From Rhodospirillales bacterium (lineage in GTDB: Bacteria > Pseudomonadota > Alphaproteobacteria > Rhodospirillales > UBA2165), in assembly GCA_016777585.1 (NCBI GenBank), contig JADHRD010000001.1, positions 12,943 to 76,942 on the forward strand: DNA of 64,000 bases. Reading direction: 5' to 3'. Of the stretch, positions 1-8,353 are shown one piece after another; positions within the stretch are counted from its first letter, which is position 1, and the number at the start of each line of letters is the position of its first letter. A program made the translations under genes and the position numbers. The notes beneath the pieces are model-generated. The model was not told where the DNA came from and did not search any database. It saw only the letters and a program-made list of their open reading frames with translations.

Positions 1-273
1 TTTGGTGATGGTATACTGAAAATCGGGGAGGGCGATGATTGGTTAGAAATTTTGGGCTCAGGTATGGTTAATCCTCGAGTACTTGAGAATTGCGGCGTTG
101 ACTCACAAAAATTTCAAGGCTTTGCATTTGGGATGGGAGTTGAAAGAATGGCCATGCTAAAATATGGTATTCCTGATTTAAGAACTTTTTATGACTCAGA
201 TATGCGATGGCTCAAGCATTATGGCTTCCAACCTCTAGACATACCCTCATTGGTTGGGAGAGCCAGTCTATGA
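1..273 (+). CDS. pheS: Phenylalanine--tRNA ligase alpha subunit, 3' part (5' end outside window)
   Basis: Frame 1 is open from base 1: ...[16 protein letters not shown]...[25 protein letters not shown]. Its TGA overlaps the pheT ATG (ATGA at 270-273). Confidence 0.97.
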   Translation, partial: FGDGILKIGEGDDWLEILGSGMVNPRVLENCGVDSQKFQGFAFGMGVERMAMLKYGIPDLRTFYDSDMRWLKHYGFQPLDIPSLVGRASL

Positions 274-2672
274 AATTCAGTTTAAGCTGGCTCAAAGAAT
301 ACCTTGAGACTGATAATAATTTAGATGAAATTTTGCATTGGCTAACAATGGTAGGCCTAGAGGTTGAGACAGTTGAAGACCAAGCTCAATTAGTAAAAGA
401 TTTTGTTATTGGCCATATTGTGGATGCAAAACCACACCCAGACGCAGATCGTTTGAAGGTACTAAAAGTACAAACCGGAACAGAAACCCTAGAAGTAGTT
501 TGCGGGGCACCAAACGCTCGAGCAGATATGAAAGGAATTTTTGCTTGTAATGGGAGTTATATTCCAGGTCTCGACGTAACACTTAAAACCACCAAAATTC
601 GCGGAATAACCTCTAATGGTATGATGCTCTCCGAGCACGAAATTAATTTATCTGATGATCACGAAGGCATAATAGAAGTGCCCAGTAAACTTGAGACAGG
701 ATCTTCTGCGGCAGAAGCGCTTGGTCTAACAGATATAATTATCGATATTGCGATCACTCCCAACCGTGGCGATTGCCTTGGTATTTATGGTATAGCTCGC
801 GACCTTGCGGCCGCCGGTATTGGTTTTTTAAAACCACTAGAAATTCCAGAAATTATAGGTGCTTTTGAGTCCCCAATTAAAGTTAATCTTGATTTCAACG
901 ATTCTGATAAAGATGCTTGTCCTATATTCACCGGTAGATACATTAAGAATGTCAAGAATAGGCAAAGCCCCCAGTGGCTTAAGGATAAAATATTGGCTGT
1001 AGGCCTCCGTCCAATTTCAGCGTTGGTAGATATTACTAACTATATGACTATCGCTCATTGCCGCCCTCTCCATGTCTTTGATGCAGACAAAATAAATGGT
1101 GGTATAAATATTCGAATGGCTCGAGCTGAGGAAAAATTACTCGCACTCGATGGAAAAGAATATAGTTTAGATGAAACAATGACAGTAATAGCAGATAATC
1201 ACAATGCCGAGGCTTTAGCTGGAGTAATGGGTGGAGAGAAATCTGGCGTGTCTGAAAAAACAATTAATGTCATGCTGGAAACAGCTTATTTTGACCCCGT
1301 AAGAACAGCCACGACTGGACGTAAATTAAATTTACAGTCAGATGCGCGTTATCGTTTCGAACGAGGGGTAGATCCAGCATTCCTTAGAGATGCAACTGAG
1401 ATTGCAACACAAATGATACTAGATATTTGTGGAGGGGAGCCTAGTGAAGTAATTACTGTTGGCCAAGAACCAGATTGGCGACGGAGCTATTTTTTAAATA
1501 GCTCTCGCATCAAAAAGCTTGGTGGTGTCGAGGTTGCACCAGATCGCACCCAAGAAATACTTGAAAAACTAGGTTTTGAGGTATCTAAGAAGGATGATGG
1601 CTGGGAGACTATTACTCCCTCTTGGCGTTACGATATTGCTGGAGAAGCCGATCTTGTGGAGGAGGTTCTTCGCATTAATGGCTACGATAATATTCCAATA
1701 GTACCTTTAGAGCGAGTAAGTTCATTACCACAAGGAGCTATAAACCTTACGCAGGACCGTCGATCAAGAACTCGCAGAACACTGGCACATCGAGGTTTAA
1801 CGGAAGCGGTAACCTTCTCGTTTTTAAGTACCGATCATGCAAATTTATTTGGTGGCTCCCCAAAAAATATTGAACTGGTAAATCCAATCAGTACAGATCT
1901 TAATATTATGCGACCATCAATCCTTCCAAACTTAATTAATGCAATTAGTCGTAATTCAGATAAGGGTTATAATAATACATCACTATTTGAAATTGGCCCC
2001 CAGTTCTCTGGCGAGAATCCAGATGACGAAAATATAGTTGCTGCTGGAATTAGAAGCCAACAAGCAAAGTCACGGACTTGGAACGAAATATCACGTCAGG
2101 TTGATGTATTCGATGTTAAGGCTGATGTTTTGGCTGTTCTTGATCAATTAGGTGGCCCAGTGGCTAATCCTCAGATTATGCAGGGTGCGGCTTCTTGGTA
2201 CCATCCAGGAAAATCCGGTACTTTCCAGTTAGGGCCTCAAAAAATTATTGCGTATTTTGGGGACATCCACCCAGCTATCTTAAAGGCCATGAATATAAAT
2301 ATTCCAATGGTCGCATTCGAGATATACCTAGATAATGCGCCCATACCTAAAAATACCGTTAGGACCAAGCCACCAATTAATTTATCAACCCTCCAAGCTG
2401 TGGAGCGTGACTTCGCATTTGTAATAGAGAAAACCATTGCTGCAGACCAAGTCGTAAGGGCTGCATTTATTGCTGATAAACAGCTTATCGCTGATGTTAC
2501 TGTGTTTGATATTTTTAAAGGAGAGTCTGTCGAGGCTGGAAAAATATCAATTGGTATAACAGTTAAGTTTCAGCCTAAAGAGGCAACCTTAACAGAAGAG
2601 GAGATCGAAAGTATCTGTAAAAAAATAATTTCGAATGTTTCGAAGCAAACCGGCGGTATTCTGAGGGGATAA
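270..2672 (+). CDS. pheT: Phenylalanine--tRNA ligase beta subunit
   Basis: [12 protein letters not shown] start at 270 (the ORF-track start at 207 is an upstream extension). [35 protein letters not shown] and C-terminal VERDFAFV (FDX-ACB domain). Confidence 0.97.
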   Translation: MKFSLSWLKEYLETDNNLDEILHWLTMVGLEVETVEDQAQLVKDFVIGHIVDAKPHPDADRLKVLKVQTGTETLEVVCGAPNARADMKGIFACNGSYIPGLDVTLKTTKIRGITSNGMMLSEHEINLSDDHEGIIEVPSKLETGSSAAEALGLTDIIIDIAITPNRGDCLGIYGIARDLAAAGIGFLKPLEIPEIIGAFESPIKVNLDFNDSDKDACPIFTGRYIKNVKNRQSPQWLKDKILAVGLRPISALVDITNYMTIAHCRPLHVFDADKINGGINIRMARAEEKLLALDGKEYSLDETMTVIADNHNAEALAGVMGGEKSGVSEKTINVMLETAYFDPVRTATTGRKLNLQSDARYRFERGVDPAFLRDATEIATQMILDICGGEPSEVITVGQEPDWRRSYFLNSSRIKKLGGVEVAPDRTQEILEKLGFEVSKKDDGWETITPSWRYDIAGEADLVEEVLRINGYDNIPIVPLERVSSLPQGAINLTQDRRSRTRRTLAHRGLTEAVTFSFLSTDHANLFGGSPKNIELVNPISTDLNIMRPSILPNLINAISRNSDKGYNNTSLFEIGPQFSGENPDDENIVAAGIRSQQAKSRTWNEISRQVDVFDVKADVLAVLDQLGGPVANPQIMQGAASWYHPGKSGTFQLGPQKIIAYFGDIHPAILKAMNINIPMVAFEIYLDNAPIPKNTVRTKPPINLSTLQAVERDFAFVIEKTIAADQVVRAAFIADKQLIADVTVFDIFKGESVEAGKISIGITVKFQPKEATLTEEEIESICKKIISNVSKQTGGILRG

Positions 2673-2676
2673 ATTT

Positions 2677-3735
2677 ATGGGCTCAACAAACAGCCTTGCG
2701 CATTTGGTTGGCAGCGTACCTCTAAACTCTGCGGAGGAGGTTTTCTGTTCGATCTGCGATTCATTAGACGGACATTTAAAACGCATACCAGACGGTGAAA
2801 CAGGAGAGCGAACAAATTGGATTTTCTTTCAGCGTCAAATGCTATCTCAACACCCAGCTATGGAACACGATAAAACTGTTGAAAAATTTAAATTCAAACA
2901 ATGGGACGGTAAAATAATTAGAGAAGTGGCGCTTCTTAAACTTAAAGATAACTATGACACTAATAATTTGATATTTCCAATTGGTTATTCAGAGCATGCA
3001 ATTAAATCATTTAAACAATTCGATCAATTACAAAATGAAGGAAAAATACCTAATAATATTAAATTTCAAGTCAGCCTACCAACGCCTTTTGCTACAGCCT
3101 TTAATTACGTTAGTCCAAATGGTAGGGATAATTTTATAGAAATTTATGAAAAATCGATGGCTATTGATGTTCAAAAAATCATTAATGCAATCCCAAATAA
3201 TAAATTAGCAATACAATGGGATGTCTGCCAAGAAGTTCTAATTTTTAATAATTATTTTCCAAATAGATCACAAAATTATAAGCAAGAAGTATTCGATCAA
3301 TTAGCTCGCATAGGTAACCTTGTTCCGAGTGAAGTAGATTTGGGTTATCATATATGCTATGGAAGTCCCGGAGATGATCACATAATTAAGCCAGAAAACT
3401 TTTCAATGTCAGTGGAGTTTGCAAATGGTATTTTTGACAACATAAAGCGGACTGTAGAATTTATTCATCTTCCTGGTACCTATGGGTCACCTGATAATAG
3501 TTTTTATTCGCCTTTGGCAGACCTTAAGATGCCAAGTGAATGTGAACTTTACCTAGGGTTATTATTTTATGATGACCCAAAGGGCGATGCAGAAAGAATA
3601 TCCGCTGCACGTAAAGTTATTCCAGACTTTGGCATATCAACTGTTTGCGGCTGGGGACGAACAAACCCAGAGCGAATACCTAGTTTATTAAAGAGCCATA
3701 AACTATCATTTCATAAAAACAAATCAGAGTATTAA
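2677..3735 (+). CDS. MetE/UROD-like TIM-barrel protein (cobalamin-independent methionine synthase-like, function uncertain)
   Basis: HLVGSVP, RIPDGETGER-x-W, QWDVCQE, the HxC motif HICYG and C-terminal STVCGWGR resemble the Zn-ligand motifs of the MetE catalytic domain. Single domain, 352 aa. Confidence 0.65.
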   Translation: MGSTNSLAHLVGSVPLNSAEEVFCSICDSLDGHLKRIPDGETGERTNWIFFQRQMLSQHPAMEHDKTVEKFKFKQWDGKIIREVALLKLKDNYDTNNLIFPIGYSEHAIKSFKQFDQLQNEGKIPNNIKFQVSLPTPFATAFNYVSPNGRDNFIEIYEKSMAIDVQKIINAIPNNKLAIQWDVCQEVLIFNNYFPNRSQNYKQEVFDQLARIGNLVPSEVDLGYHICYGSPGDDHIIKPENFSMSVEFANGIFDNIKRTVEFIHLPGTYGSPDNSFYSPLADLKMPSECELYLGLLFYDDPKGDAERISAARKVIPDFGISTVCGWGRTNPERIPSLLKSHKLSFHKNKSEY

Positions 3736-4817
3736 TTTTGTACGGGAACGTCTATACCTAATAGATAGGCAGCATTTTTACCCATTACTAAAGCTTTATC
3801 GTCTTCAGAGAGACCTTTGACAGAGTTTACGTGTCCAACAGGGTCTGGTTCAGCCATGTCGTAGGGGTAGTCTGTACCCATTACAATATGTTCTGGTCCC
3901 CAAGTCTCAATTAAATACCTGAGCTGATGTTCAGTAAAAACAACACTATCAAAGTATAGTTTCTTAAGATACTCAGAAGGCGGTTTTGAGATAACTTGAC
4001 GACAGTCATCTCGCAGATGAAATGGATGATCAAAACGACCTGAATAACCTGGGATATACCCACCACCGTGAGCAATACAAATTTTAAGTCCGGGAAATTT
4101 TTCCAAATAACCATCAAAAACTAAATGACCAACAGCTAATGCGGACTCTAAGGGGTGTCCAATTGTATTTCGGAAATAATGGTCATCCATACGTTCTACA
4201 AAACTAGTCCCGATGGGATGGATAAATATCATCACATCTTTTTCTTCGCAACGAGCAAAAAACTTCTCAAGGCCAGCTCGAGTAAGGTCTTTACCATTCA
4301 CATTAGTAGAGATTTCAACCCCTTTAAATCCAAGTTCATCAATACAACGATCTAATTCTTTAACCGCCATTTCAGGATTCTGGAGGGGCGCAGTACCCAA
4401 CCCGACGAACCTATCTGGATTTTGAGCCACTATTTCAGCAATCCTATTATTAACTACATGAGATGTATCCCTCGCAAACTCAGCATCATAACCATAATTA
4501 TAATGAAAAGGAGACGTTGAAATTGCCTGCATATCTATGCCCTGCGCGTCCATATCCCTGAGACGCACTTCTGGATCAGTCAACTGGGGAAGAATTTTAT
4601 CCTGAAGTTCAGAATTAATCGTTGCTGTAATTGGATTAGTATCAACCATTCTCCGACCAGTATCGTCCGGCGATAATTGCTGCAACATTTTATCAGCCTC
4701 TGGTACTTGTATATGGCAGTGAATATCTACGGTGAAATGTTTATTATCTTTCGCAACTGTTTGAGGGTGACCATGCGAATGATCTGAAGGTGAATGATTT
4801 GCGCACTTAAATAACAT
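3732..4817 (-). CDS. Amidohydrolase_2 family protein (ACMSD/aromatic decarboxylase/hydratase-like)
   Basis: DIHCH (HxH), FIHP, AHGGG, YFDS and GTDYPY motifs. Confidence 0.88.
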   Translation of the reverse strand: MLFKCANHSPSDHSHGHPQTVAKDNKHFTVDIHCHIQVPEADKMLQQLSPDDTGRRMVDTNPITATINSELQDKILPQLTDPEVRLRDMDAQGIDMQAISTSPFHYNYGYDAEFARDTSHVVNNRIAEIVAQNPDRFVGLGTAPLQNPEMAVKELDRCIDELGFKGVEISTNVNGKDLTRAGLEKFFARCEEKDVMIFIHPIGTSFVERMDDHYFRNTIGHPLESALAVGHLVFDGYLEKFPGLKICIAHGGGYIPGYSGRFDHPFHLRDDCRQVISKPPSEYLKKLYFDSVVFTEHQLRYLIETWGPEHIVMGTDYPYDMAEPDPVGHVNSVKGLSEDDKALVMGKNAAYLLGIDVPVQN

Positions 4818-5014
4818 AATATAATCCAGTCACATAAATTTGGTAAATTAGTAAGAGTTGATTGTAAAATTTAATAGATTTACTAGGTGTATACCAAAAA
4901 TTTATTTTAATAAATCAGAAACCTTACTTAAACTGTTTTTATTTTTAGGTACGTTCAATCGTTTTTTAAAAAGGCTATAATTTAACATTATACATTTACA
5001 GAAAACAACAATGT

Positions 5015-5371
5015 CTAGCAGTTTAGCCAGTCTAGTGCCTCTTTTTTTCTGAAACTATCGAAAAAGCGTACTTCCGCCGGAATAAGTTTATGACTGACTG
5101 TAACCGAGAGTTTTATCCAACGCTTATCTCCGAGTATTGAAATTTTTTTTAAGTTTTTCCAATACTTAATTCCGAATGCGAAGTCATCCCATGCAGCCCG
5201 CCATTCCCAGCCCTCAAGTTCTATTAAATCCACAAAGATATTTAGTTCATTAAAACTATCTAATTTCTGTTCAAACGCTGGTATAATTTCTTTAAAATCA
5301 GTGTCTGTTAATTTACCAATAATTTTAAGGTAAATTAAATTACTATCATTTTCAGAGGATATCAGGATCAT
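5015..5371 (-). CDS. STAS/SEC14 (SpoIIAA-like) domain protein
   Basis: GKLTDTDF, EGWEWRAAWDDF, KISILGDKRW and FF....EALDWL match the SpoIIAA-like family pattern. Starts 9 nt after the lpdA stop. Confidence 0.8.
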   Translation of the reverse strand: MILISSENDSNLIYLKIIGKLTDTDFKEIIPAFEQKLDSFNELNIFVDLIELEGWEWRAAWDDFAFGIKYWKNLKKISILGDKRWIKLSVTVSHKLIPAEVRFFDSFRKKEALDWLNC

Positions 5372-5380
5372 TGATAACAG

Positions 5381-6790
5381 CTAACTATGAAGAGCTCGGC
5401 CATCAACATCAAGCGCTGCTTCTTTGACTACTTCGCTTAGTCCAGGATGACCATGGCACGTTCTTGCTATATCTTCAGCTGCACCACCAAACTCCATAGC
5501 AACTATGCATTCTTGTATCAAATCACCAGCAGCGGGGCCAACAATATGGACCCCTAAAACTTCATCGGTTTCCGCATCAGCCAGTATTTTTACAAACCCA
5601 TCCGTTGTCCCCATCGCACGCGCACGCGCGTTAGCACTAAAATTAAACTTACCTTTATTATACGCTATATTAGCTTCATTAAGTTGCTCTTCGGTTTTAC
5701 CCAGACTAGCGACTTCCGGCCATGTATATACTATTCCAGGTATAGTATCATAATTTATATGACCTGTTTGACCAGCTAAGATCTCTGCCAATATAGCCCC
5801 TTCATCTTCAGCCTTATGCGCCAACATCATCCCACCGATTACATCGCCGATAGCATAAATACCTTTAATATCTGTTTCAAAGCGTTCATTAACTTCTATA
5901 AACCCTTTTTGATCTATTTTAATACCTATATTTTCTAAGCCCAGATCTTTTGTATAGGGACTCCTGCCTACGGCAACCAATACACAGTCAGCTTTTATCT
6001 CTTCTTTTTTACCGGTATTTACTGATTCGACTGTGAGTGTTACTGATGACTTGCTCGTTTTTGAACTAACCACCTTAGTTCCCATTTTAAACTTCATACC
6101 CTGTTTTGTAAGCGTTCTTTTAACAACTTTTGAGACTTCTAGATCAGATCCTGTTAAGCAAACATCAAAATACTCAATAACCTCAACCTCAGCTCCCAAA
6201 CGCCTCCAAATTGAACCAAGTTCTAATCCAATAACGCCAGCCCCAATCACAATCATCTTTTTCGGAACTTTATTCAGAGTCAAAGCACCTGTAGAATTAA
6301 TGATTAGTTTATTATCAATTTCAACACCGGATAAAGTTGCAACCTCAGAGCCCGTTGCAATAACAATATTTTTTGTCTTAAGTTCTTTAGTTTGTTTTGC
6401 ATCATCTCTAACTATTATTATTCCTTTTGACTTCACTGACCCACTTCCCGAAAACCTATCGATTTTATTCTTTTCCATGAGGTAATCGACACCTTTAATG
6501 GTATCTGAAACAACTGTATCTTTCTTAGCCATCATCTTTGATAAATCTAATTTCACATTTTCTGCAATGACCCCATGTGACTGCATGCTAGTTCTTGCTT
6601 CATCAAAAAGGTGGGAAGAGTGCAGTAATGCCTTAGAGGGAATACACCCAACGTTTAAACATGTACCACCAAGAGAACTACGCTTTTCTACTATGGCTAC
6701 CTTTAAGCCTAATTGAGATGCACGAATAGCTGAAACGTAACCACCCGGTCCGCCGCCGATAAATATTACATCATAAGAATTTTGAGTCAT
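5381..6790 (-). CDS. lpdA: Dihydrolipoyl dehydrogenase (E3)
   Basis: GGGPGGY, GGTCLNVGCIPSKAL, GAGVIGLELG, AIGDV, MLAHKA and C-terminal HPxxxE. Follows sucB. Confidence 0.97.
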   Translation of the reverse strand: MTQNSYDVIFIGGGPGGYVSAIRASQLGLKVAIVEKRSSLGGTCLNVGCIPSKALLHSSHLFDEARTSMQSHGVIAENVKLDLSKMMAKKDTVVSDTIKGVDYLMEKNKIDRFSGSGSVKSKGIIIVRDDAKQTKELKTKNIVIATGSEVATLSGVEIDNKLIINSTGALTLNKVPKKMIVIGAGVIGLELGSIWRRLGAEVEVIEYFDVCLTGSDLEVSKVVKRTLTKQGMKFKMGTKVVSSKTSKSSVTLTVESVNTGKKEEIKADCVLVAVGRSPYTKDLGLENIGIKIDQKGFIEVNERFETDIKGIYAIGDVIGGMMLAHKAEDEGAILAEILAGQTGHINYDTIPGIVYTWPEVASLGKTEEQLNEANIAYNKGKFNFSANARARAMGTTDGFVKILADAETDEVLGVHIVGPAAGDLIQECIVAMEFGGAAEDIARTCHGHPGLSEVVKEAALDVDGRALHS

Positions 6791-6824
6791 TATAAGCTAT
6801 CCTAAAAGGTTTTATATCGTATCA

Positions 6825-6837
6825 TTTTTTTTTTTTT
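6825..6837. repeat. 13-nt homopolymer (T13 on +, A13 on the coding strand) at the sucB stop codon
   Basis: atca-ttttttttttttt-aca read directly at 6821-6840. Confidence 0.85.
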
Positions 6838-8353
6838 ACATGTCGAGCATTATACGCTGCGGATCCTCTATGCACTCCTTAATTCTAACAAGCATCGAGA
6901 CGGCTTCACGGCCATCAACGATCCGGTGGTCATAACTATGAGCAAGGTACATTATTGGCCTTACTTTAATCTCACCATCTACCACCCAAGGTCTCTCAAC
7001 AATATTATGCATCCCTAAAATTCCTGACTGAGGGGCATTAATAATTGGTGTAGATAACATAGAACCATAAATACCCCCATTGGTAATTGTGAAACTACCA
7101 TCGGACATCTCATCAATGGTTAACTTCCCGTCGCGCGCCCTTGATCCAAAGTCTTTAATTCGTTTTTCAATTTCTGCAAAAGTGAGTTTATCGGCATCTT
7201 TTAGCACGGGTACAACCAAACCGTTCGGGGTTCCAACAGCTACCCCAATATTATAATAATTTTTATAAACAATCTCATCACCCTGTATTTCTGCATTGAC
7301 AGCAGGAAACTCTTTTAAAGCGACTATAACGGCCTTAACAAAATAACTCATAAAACCCAGTCTTACGTCATGACGTTTCTCAAACTTCTCTTGAAAATAT
7401 TTTCGCGCTGACATTACTGCAGACATATCAATCTCATTAAAAGTCGTTAATATTGCAGCAGTGTTCTGAGCTTCCTTTAATCGACTTGCTATTACTTTCC
7501 GAAGGTGAGTAATTTTAACACGTTCTTCTCTGGGCGCACTGAGAATAGTTGGTATTTGGACTCTTTCTTGCTTTCTTGAAGGATTTAATTCCGTAAGCTC
7601 CTCAAGCGATGGCTTACTTTGTTTCATAAGATTCTCCCGCAATTTTTGAAAGGCTAAAACATCACCTTTCGTAAGGCGACCATCCTTACCCGTAGCAGTA
7701 ATCTCCGTGACATTTAAATCATTATCTTCAACCATTTTCCTTACAGCTGGTGACATTTGCTGGCCATCATTAGATTCCTTGGGTTCCAGGTTTTTGATAT
7801 CTATCGAATTTGGTTTAGATTCAATAATATCCAATGCTGAAATTCGACCAATAACCGCTCCTACCTCAACATCATTACCAGCCGTAACAATAATTTCGCT
7901 CAATTGTCCCGCTCCAGGCGCGTTAATCTCCATAGTAACTTTATCTGTCTCTAACTCTAATAAGGGCTCATCTAGAATAACGTTATCGCCGAGTGATTTC
8001 AGCCACTGCGATATATTAGCTTCAGTTAAACTCTCACCTAGATCAGGAACAATTATATCAACCAAAGCGACTTTTTCAGTTTTTATTTGAGTTGAACTAT
8101 CATAATTGTTGATTATTGCCTCAGAGATTATCCCTAAGATCTGCCCAACTTCAACCTCAGTCCCAACTGATACATTAATTTCAGTCAAAATACCTGAACT
8201 CAGTGCATTAACCTCAATAGTAACTTTATCAGTTTCTAGCTCAAGTATAGGTTCATCTTCTTGTATCTCATCTCCGAGATTCTTAAGCCAGTTCGCTATT
8301 GTACCGTGCGTTAACGACTCACCTAATGGGGGCACCTTAATTTCCGTAGCCAT
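6836..8353 (-). CDS. sucB: 2-oxoglutarate dehydrogenase E2 (dihydrolipoyllysine-residue succinyltransferase), two lipoyl domains
   Basis: Two LETDKVT lipoyl motifs, E3-binding SPAVRK...TGKDGRLTKGD, and catalytic SYDHRIVDG. Confidence 0.97.
   Translation of the reverse strand: MATEIKVPPLGESLTHGTIANWLKNLGDEIQEDEPILELETDKVTIEVNALSSGILTEINVSVGTEVEVGQILGIISEAIINNYDSSTQIKTEKVALVDIIVPDLGESLTEANISQWLKSLGDNVILDEPLLELETDKVTMEINAPGAGQLSEIIVTAGNDVEVGAVIGRISALDIIESKPNSIDIKNLEPKESNDGQQMSPAVRKMVEDNDLNVTEITATGKDGRLTKGDVLAFQKLRENLMKQSKPSLEELTELNPSRKQERVQIPTILSAPREERVKITHLRKVIASRLKEAQNTAAILTTFNEIDMSAVMSARKYFQEKFEKRHDVRLGFMSYFVKAVIVALKEFPAVNAEIQGDEIVYKNYYNIGVAVGTPNGLVVPVLKDADKLTFAEIEKRIKDFGSRARDGKLTIDEMSDGSFTITNGGIYGSMLSTPIINAPQSGILGMHNIVERPWVVDGEIKVRPIMYLAHSYDHRIVDGREAVSMLVRIKECIEDPQRIMLDM

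Noticed and set aside
207-269. N-terminal extensions in the ORF track (pheT here; also sucD, sdhC, asd, mtaB, ccmB, dctP, ettA)
   Set aside because: They overlap upstream genes or AT-rich spacers. Downstream ATGs match the family N-termini or have an SD or coupled stop.
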